The translations under genes and the position numbers were made by a program. DNA of 64,000 nucleotides, taken from sequence record PV754031.1. One strand, 5' to 3'. This document shows positions 9,196 to 18,654 of this stretch, in pieces. The notes under the pieces were generated by a model. That model had not been told where the DNA came from. It searched no databases and saw only the letters and a list, made by a program, of their open reading frames with translations. The number at the start of each line of letters is the position of its first letter. Position 1 is the stretch's first letter.

Positions 9196-9219
9196 ATTGC
9201 ACTAAATTTTATTTGAGAT
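9175..9219 (+). repeat. 45-bp exact direct repeat, copy 1 (terminator plus promoter upstream element)
   Basis: GCCCTCCCTTCGGGGAGGGCTATTGCACTAAATTTTATTTGAGAT, identical to 23829-23873. Confidence 0.95.
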
Positions 9220-9272
9220 CTACATTATAGATTAGCATATACTAATGGAAACATCTACATGAGGTAATTATC

Positions 9273-9572
9273 GTGAACGAAGCTATTATTTCACTGGACC
9301 GCAGAGGAGCCCATCATTTAGGATCTCGCGGTTATCCAATTAGATCAATTGGAGATGTTACAGTATTTGATTTGAATCATAATCAACTATATCCCAAAAT
9401 CCATTCTCTTAAAGATCAAAATCATGATGGATGGCACTCCATTAGTGTTGATGATGAAAATGGAGTAACAGCATATACGTTTGTTTTGAATATGGATCTT
9501 AATCTAGGATGGCTAAGACCTAAGCAGCCTAATGTTGGTGGTGGATATATCAAAATCAAATTTGAACAATAA
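9273..9572 (+). CDS. hypothetical protein
   Basis: GAGGT RBS, GTG start. Confidence 0.75.
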   Translation: MNEAIISLDRRGAHHLGSRGYPIRSIGDVTVFDLNHNQLYPKIHSLKDQNHDGWHSISVDDENGVTAYTFVLNMDLNLGWLRPKQPNVGGGYIKIKFEQ

Positions 9573-9621
9573 GCGGTGTGTACACCGCTTTTATTCCGTG
9601 TTTATACTCAAAAGGTAATTT

Positions 9622-10755
9622 ATGATTATGTTTAAGTACTTAAAAAATGTTATTGATATTTTTAACAAACCAAAAAAGGTAGATACATTAGAACAAAAGA
9701 TAGCTAATCTAAATGATAAATACATCAGAGAAAATGTAGATGTTGATCAAATTGATATTCTGTCAGGTTATTTCACAGGAATGCTATCTGGGAAATTACA
9801 TGATCGAAGTTTAGTATGGGGTTATTATACCAAAGAAACTAAGACATGGATGATTTATTTTGTTGAACAAAATTTTGATTCATTCATGTATAAAGTAACT
9901 AATAATTCATTAGATATTATTAATCTAACTGATATAGAAGATCTTAAATTATTCTATTTCTCTAATGAACAATACATACCTGTAAATACACCAATCAATA
10001 GTGATCTAAATGTGGCTGTAATTTTCACATCAAAACCACTCACTAAGGATTTCATTGATCCATCTTTAATAGATCAAGTTAAATCAGTTAATAGTAATTA
10101 CAAGATTGTGATGGATGGGTTATCTGATAATTCCAAATTTGATAGTAACCCAATAACTCTAATTGTAGAGTCTTATGAAGCAGATGGTGATATCGTCGTA
10201 GTTGAACTAACTAATGGTACAACTGTGGCCATCAATAGAAAACTACTTAATATGTTTATGTATCAGTCAAGAATAGTTGATACATGTAATAACTCAAAAG
10301 TGCTTATAGATTTCAATGGACGGCTAAAGTTCACACCTATGGAGAATCATTTAGGTGGTATAAATAGTGCAATGCATTATTGGTCAAGTAATGGAATTAT
10401 CAAAATTAGGTGTGACTATAGTATCATATTAGATCTAGATAAGTTTCCAGAGATTGTTAATCATATTGGAAACTGGATACATATTGAAGCTAAAACAATT
10501 GCAAAAGTAATTGACTCGGTTGTGGTACCATACTTAACAAATGGGGAGCTTAGTACGCTCATTGTTGATTTAGATAATGTCGATATTCAGTATCGTGGTT
10601 TAACATTATCTGGTAATATCAGCTTGCGTGATCGTTTAGATAAATGCAAAATCAAACTGATAAATCCATCAACTGATCCATATGAGATACCTAGTCTAAA
10701 TGGTAAACGTGATGTCCATGGTTTTTATAGAGTAGATGGAAGTTTATTAAAATGA
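9622..10755 (+). CDS. hypothetical protein (377 aa)
   Basis: Long ORF, AAGGT RBS, no recognisable motif. Confidence 0.85.
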   Translation: MIMFKYLKNVIDIFNKPKKVDTLEQKIANLNDKYIRENVDVDQIDILSGYFTGMLSGKLHDRSLVWGYYTKETKTWMIYFVEQNFDSFMYKVTNNSLDIINLTDIEDLKLFYFSNEQYIPVNTPINSDLNVAVIFTSKPLTKDFIDPSLIDQVKSVNSNYKIVMDGLSDNSKFDSNPITLIVESYEADGDIVVVELTNGTTVAINRKLLNMFMYQSRIVDTCNNSKVLIDFNGRLKFTPMENHLGGINSAMHYWSSNGIIKIRCDYSIILDLDKFPEIVNHIGNWIHIEAKTIAKVIDSVVVPYLTNGELSTLIVDLDNVDIQYRGLTLSGNISLRDRLDKCKIKLINPSTDPYEIPSLNGKRDVHGFYRVDGSLLK

Positions 10756-11222
10756 TTAAATTAGTGATTAGTCTTTTTTATAAAATAGTTAATGAAAAGA
10801 TGTCACCCACATATAAGAAATTAGTTACATTAGATAGAAATGGATACATTTTCAATAATAAACAAGATCTGTATTCGATTAATCTTTCACTCTATCTTGA
10901 ACTTATTCATTCAGTGACGAATGACTATATTGTTCAAGAAATTATAATGTGTCTAAGTTCTAAGCCACAAGCAGTGAAAGAACTATTCCTTGAAGACCTA
11001 AGTACTAATAATCAACTACATTATTCATTGTTAGCTTGTAAAATAATGAATGAGAGGAAAATCATTAATAAGAATATTAATAAAGCGTGTGCTAAAAATA
11101 TGGCTACTTTTTTAAAGGGCTATTTCCCAAGAGACTACTTCACTTGGTATAGTTGTCTCTATTTAGCGCTATCGGCTAAAAGTAAAGCTGAGAATAACAA
11201 AGTATCTGTTATTAATGAGTAA
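10752..11222 (+). CDS. hypothetical protein
   Basis: ATGA overlap. Confidence 0.75.
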   Translation: MIKLVISLFYKIVNEKMSPTYKKLVTLDRNGYIFNNKQDLYSINLSLYLELIHSVTNDYIVQEIIMCLSSKPQAVKELFLEDLSTNNQLHYSLLACKIMNERKIINKNINKACAKNMATFLKGYFPRDYFTWYSCLYLALSAKSKAENNKVSVINE

Positions 11223-11324
11223 ATACAATACTATGTAGTAGTATTTCTATTACGTACCTTTCGAGGCATATACTCCATGACTTATGTTGTGGGGTATATG
11301 TGTTATAATGTTTAAGAGGTTAAA

Positions 11325-11672
11325 ATGCAAAAGCAACTAAATTCTGATGATCTAGATGTTCTTGACTCCTTTAATGCAGCATGGGAAATTGTTAAGGAAG
11401 AACATACTGATCTATTCTCACGTATAGCGATGATGGCTATTAATAAGTTAACTGATGATGATATCTCAGTCAATGATACTAAAGTAAGTATTCAACAAGT
11501 AGTTAATTTCCATGAGCGAATTCGAGATATCATTCCTAGCTCTGAGATTGTTAATCTTACGATTGTTAAAACTATCTTAGGTGAAATGAATGGTTGGTTA
11601 GAATTTGATGAACTTAATGAAGAACTATTTACAGCTTTAGGCAAAGCTTATAGCACTGTTAACTTTAATTGA
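11325..11672 (+). CDS. hypothetical protein
   Basis: GAGGT RBS; CTATGTAG late-type motif upstream at 11231. Confidence 0.8.
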   Translation: MQKQLNSDDLDVLDSFNAAWEIVKEEHTDLFSRIAMMAINKLTDDDISVNDTKVSIQQVVNFHERIRDIIPSSEIVNLTIVKTILGEMNGWLEFDELNEELFTALGKAYSTVNFN

Positions 11673-11740
11673 TCATTAATATGAAAATTAAAACAATATA
11701 AGTGAGGCATGTGCCTCACTACATAGTAGAGGACTAACAC

Positions 11741-12073
11741 ATGCAGATTCAATTAGATCCATTAATGGTTTACCATGGTAGCACTAGATCTTTATTTAAT
11801 GAAGATTCTAGTTTAAATGTTGTTGATGTAAGGGGCATTCAATTAAATGCTGAAGGGATAGCTGATAACAAAAATTACTATTTTGATTATGGACGTAAGA
11901 AAGATGATGATGGTGAAATACTCACTATTTACGTACATGATCGAAATGTAGCTAAAGATTTTATTGTACTGTACGTTGAATTCCATTTAGGCACACATAA
12001 ATTTCATACGTATGTACATCCACAATATCGGCATAAATTTCCAGTATTAGTACTGGAGTTATTATTCGTTTAA
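11741..12073 (+). CDS. hypothetical protein
   Basis: GAGGA RBS. Confidence 0.8.
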   Translation: MQIQLDPLMVYHGSTRSLFNEDSSLNVVDVRGIQLNAEGIADNKNYYFDYGRKKDDDGEILTIYVHDRNVAKDFIVLYVEFHLGTHKFHTYVHPQYRHKFPVLVLELLFV

Positions 12074-12078
12074 TATTA

Positions 12079-12101
12079 AGGGACTCTTAATGAGAGTCCC
12101 T
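12079..12101 (+). terminator. intrinsic terminator
   Basis: AGGGACTCT-taatg-AGAGTCCCT plus T-rich tail. Confidence 0.75.
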
Positions 12102-12261
12102 ATTTATTTTGCGTAAGTGTATATATGAAAAAGAAAGCATTTATTGAAACTAGTCTAAAATATTCAAACACCAAATATAACAAAGCGATCATCTGTAATG
12201 AAATAAAATTCAAACGGTACTAAACATACTAACCCTATGAATTAAAACGCATGGTGGTTGT

Positions 12262-12660
12262 ATGAAAATCTATGGTTCTTCTTTTCATGAGGTCACACTA
12301 GAATATGGAAAACCCTTTATACGCAATGGGGTTTTAAAACATTTACCTGATCTAGGTACACCAGACTTAGGATGGACTGATTTTAATATCCTTGAAATTA
12401 TTCCAGGACCAGGTTATATCGATAAGAATACTCTAAACTTTTATAAAGAAAGAGATTGCTTATTTCCAGCAATCGTCAGGTTTACTGTATTTGAAGAAGA
12501 GCGTAATCGTATTATATCAACAATTAATGTTGATCTGGCGAAAAAGGAATTAGAGTGGAATAAGACTGATCGTTTTTGGGAAATCGAAAACTTTGCAATT
12601 AGATTCCAATTAACTCAAAATCCTTATTCAGTTTTATGGGCATCCAATGGATCACTATAG
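12262..12660 (+). CDS. hypothetical protein
   Basis: Co-directional ORF. Confidence 0.75.
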   Translation: MKIYGSSFHEVTLEYGKPFIRNGVLKHLPDLGTPDLGWTDFNILEIIPGPGYIDKNTLNFYKERDCLFPAIVRFTVFEEERNRIISTINVDLAKKELEWNKTDRFWEIENFAIRFQLTQNPYSVLWASNGSL

Positions 12661-13081
12661 GTGTCATATGCTTACAATGGTTCCGTTATACCCTGGTGTG
12701 AGAGGATATCTTGAAGACTCGGTATTTTCAAAGAATGGGATTAATGATATTGGTTATCATAAATGGCTATCCCCTAAACGAGTGGTAGGTCCAGATGGGC
12801 TAATCATTAGTGAGGTAAAGATAACTCCACGTATAGCCAGAATGGAAGGCGAAGTAATTCTTAAAGTATGGGATAAATGGCGAAGAGCCCAGCCTAAGCT
12901 AGTTGCTACTGTGTATATTGATCCTAAAGATAATTCATACAGGGTAGAAGTAGAGCCTTTTTATGCATGTCGTCGGATATTACTTGAAGTGGATTTATGG
13001 GCTCAAGTAATACCTGGTGACCGTGCACCATTTGTAAATGACTCTGTAGATGGTACATGGGCATCAAGAGATATTATTTAA
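12647..13081 (+). CDS. hypothetical protein
   Basis: Overlapping co-directional ORF. Confidence 0.75.
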   Translation: MDHYRCHMLTMVPLYPGVRGYLEDSVFSKNGINDIGYHKWLSPKRVVGPDGLIISEVKITPRIARMEGEVILKVWDKWRRAQPKLVATVYIDPKDNSYRVEVEPFYACRRILLEVDLWAQVIPGDRAPFVNDSVDGTWASRDII

Positions 13082-13395
13082 TGCTTATACCAATTAAACT
13101 TCGTAAGACATTTAAAAGACTGGGCAAAAGACATTCTAAAAGAGTGTTGGCTGCCCAGTCATCTTTTCTGCCGTTTGGTGAATTAACGTTGAGGAAGCAA
13201 AGAATGCCTAAGAAAAATAAAGAATATATTCTTGATGTTATTGATACTAATACTAAAGAACTACAGGCACAGATTAATACGTTAAGTGAACTTGTATGTG
13301 AACAACAGAAACAAATTAGTTTATTAAACAGAACACTAGTTGAGTTACAAGATAATTTGAAAAAAAAGATAGGGATTAAAAATGAATGTAGTTGA
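13057..13395 (+). CDS. hypothetical protein with C-terminal coiled coil
   Basis: Heptad pattern LQAQINTLSELVCEQQKQISLLNRTL; start uncertain. Confidence 0.65.
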   Translation: MGIKRYYLMLIPIKLRKTFKRLGKRHSKRVLAAQSSFLPFGELTLRKQRMPKKNKEYILDVIDTNTKELQAQINTLSELVCEQQKQISLLNRTLVELQDNLKKKIGIKNECS

Positions 13396-13711
13396 TGAGT
13401 ACCTACTTTTGACCTTATTCTGGATAGTTGTTTTATTTTCATTTATCCATGTATCGCAACGTTATAAACGAATTAAAGAAAAACGAAGAGTTGATTTTCT
13501 AGTTAAAAGAGAATTAGTATATAATTATTTCAAAGTAACAGATCCTTCTGAATTAACTAATGATTCTATAGAAAGTATTATACTTAAATTAATTGGTGAT
13601 AATTATAGAAAATTAACAGATATGCAGAAATTAGTAATTAGGGCAGCAGCAGGTCGTGGTTATATGTATAACCCTAACAGACCAATTGGCAAACATTTGA
13701 AATATATGTGA
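13382..13711 (+). CDS. membrane-anchored hypothetical protein
   Basis: N-terminal hydrophobic helix YLLLTLFWIVVLFSFI. Confidence 0.75.
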   Translation: MNVVDEYLLLTLFWIVVLFSFIHVSQRYKRIKEKRRVDFLVKRELVYNYFKVTDPSELTNDSIESIILKLIGDNYRKLTDMQKLVIRAAAGRGYMYNPNRPIGKHLKYM

Positions 13712-13720
13712 GTTATAAAA

Positions 13721-14236
13721 ATGTCAGAAAACCGCCCGTTATATATAGCTGCTATTAAAAAAGATCTTTTAAAAACAACAGGTTTGTATAAACCTTATAA
13801 TGATTCACCAATAGCTGTGGTTAGTAATGAAACCAGTAAGTGGCATGTAATGCTAAATATATTACGACATGGTTGGGAATGGATTGAAATACCTGAAGGT
13901 GAGATTAAACAACCGGAAAGTTACCATGACTATGTTATTCTAGCATTAACCACTGTATTAACTGATACTTTAGATTATAAAAATGATCCAAACTCTGATA
14001 AATATATCAAGCAAATAATCTGTACTGATATAGCACTAAAAGTTGAATATGATAAATTAATCAATGTGCTAGAGACAAGTAACGAGTTAGATTTAGCTGA
14101 TGAATACACCTTTACTAAACAAGGTAATCTCAGAGGATATTTCCATTATGATGAGTATTATGGTTTAGATGTACTGGCATGTGCATCTTATGTGATCTGT
14201 TCACATATCGAACTAACACCTAGAAATGTTAAATAA
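13721..14236 (+). CDS. hypothetical protein
   Basis: Co-directional ORF. Confidence 0.8.
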   Translation: MSENRPLYIAAIKKDLLKTTGLYKPYNDSPIAVVSNETSKWHVMLNILRHGWEWIEIPEGEIKQPESYHDYVILALTTVLTDTLDYKNDPNSDKYIKQIICTDIALKVEYDKLINVLETSNELDLADEYTFTKQGNLRGYFHYDEYYGLDVLACASYVICSHIELTPRNVK

Positions 14237-14248
14237 TAGGAACTACTG

Positions 14249-14848
14249 ATGAAAAAACGTACCGCTTATATCGATCGTGCTAAATTCCGAGATTTTCTAG
14301 CCGAGAAAAAAATTAGCGTAAGTAGCCGACAGTGGATTGAAAAGAGCCACCCAGATCATAAAGAATATTACAAGGCAATCCTAGATTACGTCGTATCTAA
14401 TGTAAAATTCAAAGAAGAACGTTATATTGAAAAGGCAAATGAGGTTATTATTAATGGGTGTATTCGATATCATCTACCCATTCACGCTCAACGTGCACTA
14501 ACTGTAGTTGAAGAAGAATTCATTAATAATGCTAGTCTTCAATTTACTTATCTGAATGATAATGATACTAATATTGCCAATATTAACTTTGAAGAAGTTC
14601 TTGATGCACAAGTAACTGAGAATGAAACTGAACTAAGACAAAGTTGGGAATATGTCAATTGTGATATCAACCCATCAGAATACTTTATTGATGTTGTTGA
14701 TGTACCAGAAGAACTAATTCTTCGTCTATCTGTATTCCGTTTTGTACACAGTATCAAGAAACTGGAAGTAAAGGATAAGTTAGATCTTGCCGATGTTGTA
14801 GGTAAAGATCTAGTTATTGAAGATGGTAACGTTAAGGTTGTAGAATGA
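14249..14848 (+). CDS. hypothetical protein
   Basis: AGGA RBS. Confidence 0.85.
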   Translation: MKKRTAYIDRAKFRDFLAEKKISVSSRQWIEKSHPDHKEYYKAILDYVVSNVKFKEERYIEKANEVIINGCIRYHLPIHAQRALTVVEEEFINNASLQFTYLNDNDTNIANINFEEVLDAQVTENETELRQSWEYVNCDINPSEYFIDVVDVPEELILRLSVFRFVHSIKKLEVKDKLDLADVVGKDLVIEDGNVKVVE

Positions 14849-14925
14849 TTTAAGGCTATTTTAGTAGCTTTATATTCTGATCTTAGCAACCTAGGTACAA
14901 CGTGATGCAATGTTTAACACACGTA

Positions 14926-15270
14926 ATGAAGTTAGTGGCCGTATTAAGTACGTTGTTATACGTATCAAACCCACTAGCTGCATCGTTGGTAGTTGACGAG
15001 AATTACTGTAATGGTGTTGCACTTATAGCACATGCCACAGCAGAAGCACGTCAGCGTAAAACACCCATTTTACAATGGGAAGAAAACCTACGATCCCTAA
15101 AAGGGTACGGCGTGAAGAACAAAGATAACGTTCTTTACAATGTTCTCCCAGCAGCAATTAAAGAGGTGCACGTTGTGTATTCACGTAGACAAAGCCCACG
15201 TGATGCATACGTTACATCATTTAAAACCTGTATGGATAACAACTACGGTAAAGCTGTGGTTGTAAAATAA
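14926..15270 (+). CDS. secreted/periplasmic two-cysteine protein
   Basis: Signal peptide MKLVAVLSTLLYVSNPLAA; one Cys near each end of the mature chain. Confidence 0.7.
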   Translation: MKLVAVLSTLLYVSNPLAASLVVDENYCNGVALIAHATAEARQRKTPILQWEENLRSLKGYGVKNKDNVLYNVLPAAIKEVHVVYSRRQSPRDAYVTSFKTCMDNNYGKAVVVK

Positions 15271-15272
15271 AT

Positions 15273-15292
15273 ACCAGCCCTTCGGGGCTGGT
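15273..15292 (+). terminator. intrinsic terminator
   Basis: ACCAGCCC-ttcg-GGGCTGGT followed by TTATTT. Confidence 0.85.
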
Positions 15293-15305
15293 TTATTTCA
15301 TCTAG

Positions 15306-15623
15306 ATGAGAATCTGTGGGTTGCAAATGTATAAAGTATTTGTTATATCAATGATAACACTAACGGCTATATCAACATGTGTAACTTTCATTATTAATAT
15401 AAAAAATCATTATATTCACTGGATGGGTGTTTATAAGGTTAGATATGTATTAGATAAAATGCCCAATGGCATAAGTTATTTTTTCTATCAAAATGCTGTC
15501 CAAGACATTATAGATAAAGAATCATCTAAAATAACAAATCAACATATTTTTACATCTTTTATTTACGATATCAACTCATTGATTATATTAAAATGTAATA
15601 ATAGGGAAACAGCAAATGAATGA
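15306..15623 (+). CDS. membrane-anchored hypothetical protein
   Basis: N-terminal TM helix. Confidence 0.7.
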   Translation: MRICGLQMYKVFVISMITLTAISTCVTFIINIKNHYIHWMGVYKVRYVLDKMPNGISYFFYQNAVQDIIDKESSKITNQHIFTSFIYDINSLIILKCNNRETANE

Positions 15624-15906
15624 TATCATGACAGTAATTATAGGTATTTTGTTTCTGATTATAATGATGGCTTTAATTAACTGGGGTTATTATGCCATCA
15701 AACACACGATAAAGTGTAACAGGCTTTATAAAGAAGCACTATCAATTATTGACAATATGAGTGATGGTTTATCTGAATACCAGTATACAGTAGCTATTGG
15801 ACGTTTACGTAAAAAGGCATACTCTATCGACCATTTAACTGCTGTTAAAATGTTTGAAGCATTAGACTTAGTTATTAAAGATAAGTCAAGAAAGAAAAAT
15901 AAATAA
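15616..15906 (+). CDS. membrane-anchored hypothetical protein, probable paralogue of 15306
   Basis: N-terminal TM helix; IIDNMSDGLSEYQY vs VLDKMPNGISYFFY. Confidence 0.7.
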   Translation: MNDIMTVIIGILFLIIMMALINWGYYAIKHTIKCNRLYKEALSIIDNMSDGLSEYQYTVAIGRLRKKAYSIDHLTAVKMFEALDLVIKDKSRKKNK

Positions 15907-15914
15907 GCATAAAT

Positions 15915-15936
15915 AGGAGAGCTATTTAGCTCTCCT
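15915..15936 (+). terminator. intrinsic terminator
   Basis: AGGAGAGCT-attt-AGCTCTCCT. Confidence 0.8.
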
Positions 15937-15937
15937 T

Positions 15938-15971
15938 TATTGCATTAAATTTTTTTTGAAATCTATATTAC
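15938..15971 (+). promoter_or_regulatory. early promoter
   Basis: TATTGCATTAAATTTTTTTTGAAATC-TATATTAC. Confidence 0.75.
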
Positions 15972-16007
15972 ATATTTGGTCAAGTCATATCAAAATAGGT
16001 AGTTATA

Positions 16008-16067
16008 ATGCTAGCATTACATTCACTACTATTATTAGTTATAGTGATTTGTTATATAATTCATAAG
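16008..16067 (+). CDS. 19-aa hydrophobic peptide (not in track)
   Basis: MLALHSLLLLVIVILLYNS; AGGT RBS; first ORF after an early promoter. Confidence 0.4.
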
Positions 16068-16088
16068 TGGTTGTGGTATACTTTCAAT

Positions 16089-16181
16089 ATGTTTAAACTA
16101 AAAGACATTATTAAAAATAAAGACAATTTAACTAATGATGAACTATTAAAATTACTCATTGATAAAATAAAGGCAACCTAA
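16089..16181 (+). CDS. 30-aa peptide (not in track)
   Basis: MFKLKDIIKNKDNLTNDELLKLLIDKIKAT; its stop overlaps the next ATG. Confidence 0.45.
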   Translation: MFKLKDIIKNKDNLTNDELLKLLIDKIKAT

Positions 16182-16648
16182 TGTATCCATTCTTTACAGG
16201 TAATGAGAAAGTTACTGTAGATGTTCTTGATGATAAACATAATCTACATAGAAGTTGGACTGATTATAAACATCCCATCACGACGCGTGTGGACGGTAAA
16301 CTAACCAATGTGTGGTATAAAGTTGAACCACCGATGAGTGCTAAGGATATTGAAAATAACTTTACAATTGACAAAGATAAAGTTAAATTATCTAATCGTT
16401 TGCACCAAGCTTTAGATGCAACGTTGATTAAAAATGAATTAGAAGAGTTTAACAAATTAATTGATCTATGCGTAAAACATGTTAATTCAGTTAGTATTCA
16501 TCTAGGTCTTACTATTTGGAAATTAGCAGATACTGTAAAATATGAAAAAGCAGATTTAAAGAAACTATTTAATGCACATTATACCAAATCTACTGAACTT
16601 GTAAAAGAAAAGAATATAGTGCCCTCAGTAGAAGATATCTTCCTATAA
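16181..16648 (+). CDS. hypothetical protein
   Basis: Co-directional ORF. Confidence 0.8.
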   Translation: MYPFFTGNEKVTVDVLDDKHNLHRSWTDYKHPITTRVDGKLTNVWYKVEPPMSAKDIENNFTIDKDKVKLSNRLHQALDATLIKNELEEFNKLIDLCVKHVNSVSIHLGLTIWKLADTVKYEKADLKKLFNAHYTKSTELVKEKNIVPSVEDIFL

Positions 16649-16670
16649 TTTATTTAAAGGTAATGCAAAT

Positions 16671-17579
16671 ATGCTAAAGGTAAAATCATTACTCACTGGC
16701 CATATTCTTCGAGCTACCTATGATTGGTTTCTTGAGAATAACTTCAGAGATATTCTAATTGTAGCACATACTCAATTAGTACCTGATTTATCTGAGGTAG
16801 CTCTAAAGCATGCGAAAGAAGATCACACTATCACTTTCAATATCCATCCACGCTGTGCAAAGAATTTTTATATCAGTGACGAATATATCTCTTTCAATGT
16901 AACAGTAAATGGAGTTGGGGTCAGTATTAAACTTCCTCTTTATGCAGTATTGGGTGTAGTTACACCTATTGATGATAATTCTAACGCATTCTTTGAAATG
17001 CCACTAGTAGATAGATATCTCAATGCAGATACTATTCGTGCAACATTAGAAGGAACTGTTAATAATGTAGTTGACAAAAACCCAGTATTAACTACCGTAG
17101 GTAATGTCACTGAGGTTAATTTTAAAAATAAAGCCGATACCACTAATGGTAAGTTAGTTGTAAGGAATACATCTGAGAATGAGCATGATCAGATGATTGA
17201 AAGCGCCATTAACAGAGTAACTGAATTTAGTAATCCAGAATTAGATGCACATATTAGAGTAGCGGTAACTGTAATTAAACAGAATGCACCAGAATTAATT
17301 ATGGATTGGTGTGAGCGGGTTATTAATTGTACACGTAATGAAAACTATCAGGATAACATCAATGTACTTATGATGGAACTCCTCAGTTACCCTATTTCAA
17401 ATGTGGTTAGTGAATCAACTGTGGACTCGGGTGATAATACATCTAATTCATTTGACAATGATGTAAATAAGATGGTTGAGGATTTCAATAATTCTTCCAA
17501 TTCGCAGGTTATTATTAATAAACCTTCTCGTCCTACCGGTACACCAAAACTCACTGTTATTAAAGGTGGTAAGAAATGA
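16671..17579 (+). CDS. sspB: SspB-like ClpXP adaptor with an extra central domain
   Basis: LRATYDWF...ITFNI...ISFN...IKLPLYAVLGV SspB core; C-terminal RPTGTPKLTVIK resembles the ClpX-binding tail. Confidence 0.85.
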   Translation: MLKVKSLLTGHILRATYDWFLENNFRDILIVAHTQLVPDLSEVALKHAKEDHTITFNIHPRCAKNFYISDEYISFNVTVNGVGVSIKLPLYAVLGVVTPIDDNSNAFFEMPLVDRYLNADTIRATLEGTVNNVVDKNPVLTTVGNVTEVNFKNKADTTNGKLVVRNTSENEHDQMIESAINRVTEFSNPELDAHIRVAVTVIKQNAPELIMDWCERVINCTRNENYQDNINVLMMELLSYPISNVVSESTVDSGDNTSNSFDNDVNKMVEDFNNSSNSQVIINKPSRPTGTPKLTVIKGGKK

Positions 17580-17833
17580 ATGCAACTTTAGCAATTCTTT
17601 TTAGTAGTATCAGTATCGCTGGTTATCAAGCCAATGGTGCATCGCAGTCAACCGCTGAGTTCTCTGACATGGCTACTTGTTTTAGCGCGATTGAGCGCAT
17701 TCAAAAACTAGCTAAAGCAAGTGCTATTCGTAATAATGTAGAGACTGTAAAAATCAGTGATGGTGTTCTATTACGTTATTTTTCTTCTAGTACTAGTAAA
17801 GTAGAACATACTCTAATCTGTGTAAATAAATAG
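17576..17833 (+). CDS. small exported two-cysteine protein
   Basis: Hydrophobic N-terminus; EFSDMATCFSA...LICV. Confidence 0.65.
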   Translation: MNATLAILFSSISIAGYQANGASQSTAEFSDMATCFSAIERIQKLAKASAIRNNVETVKISDGVLLRYFSSSTSKVEHTLICVNK

Positions 17834-17841
17834 GTACGGAT

Positions 17842-18549
17842 ATGTCTGAGAAAATGTATTTATCTTTTTCTGGAATTGGACACAATGACGTAATCAAACA
17901 AGATCTTAATGGATTCGTTCCAATGGATGTATCAACTATTGATAATGAAGTGGCTGATCGATTATTTTATACTCCATTCAATAGTTCTGAACCAGGTACC
18001 TCATTACCTAATGTTGCTAATGTGGTATTCAAGGTATTACCTATCCATATCGAGGATAACACTATCTGTGTTTTAGATAGTTGTTCTAGTACCGAATACT
18101 CATTGAATGACTTAGTTGATACCAGTGTCTCATCATTAGAAACATATGGTCCATTAATAGATTTACGTAGTAGTGATCCAATTGAGACATATGCTAATCA
18201 GGCAGTGTATACTTGGTTAAATAAGAATATCTGTGATATCGAATTTGAAGTACATGGCGGGCTGCAAGTGCAACTAACTGCTGACCAAGTGCGTTCCAAT
18301 GTTAATGCATTTGTAGCAGGTATTGATCTTGACATCGACGATAAATTGATGGTATATGTGGTGATTAAAATCAATGATCGTTTATACGATGCTTGGTCTA
18401 GTCAACATGTGGTGGAACCATTAACAATGTATCATGTACAAGGTGGTCATGAGCCTATTGTCTATAGTGAAACCCATATTGAAAATAGCCTATTGCGATA
18501 TGCTAAAGAGAAAGGTTGGGCTGAAATTTTGACTCGTATTGGTCTGTAA
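17842..18549 (+). CDS. hypothetical protein
   Basis: Long co-directional ORF. Confidence 0.8.
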   Translation: MSEKMYLSFSGIGHNDVIKQDLNGFVPMDVSTIDNEVADRLFYTPFNSSEPGTSLPNVANVVFKVLPIHIEDNTICVLDSCSSTEYSLNDLVDTSVSSLETYGPLIDLRSSDPIETYANQAVYTWLNKNICDIEFEVHGGLQVQLTADQVRSNVNAFVAGIDLDIDDKLMVYVVIKINDRLYDAWSSQHVVEPLTMYHVQGGHEPIVYSETHIENSLLRYAKEKGWAEILTRIGL

Positions 18550-18654
18550 TAAAAATACTTTTAATAGACTAATATTATAGGCAAAATACTGGCCGATTGG
18601 TTAGTTGCGCTTAGGGGGTCCTTCGGGACTCCCGTATGCCGTCTAGGAGGTTTT

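Noticed and set aside
11741-11790. YHGS motif suggesting a third ART-like protein
   Set aside because: No matching downstream Y/S-T-S or catalytic Glu strand seen
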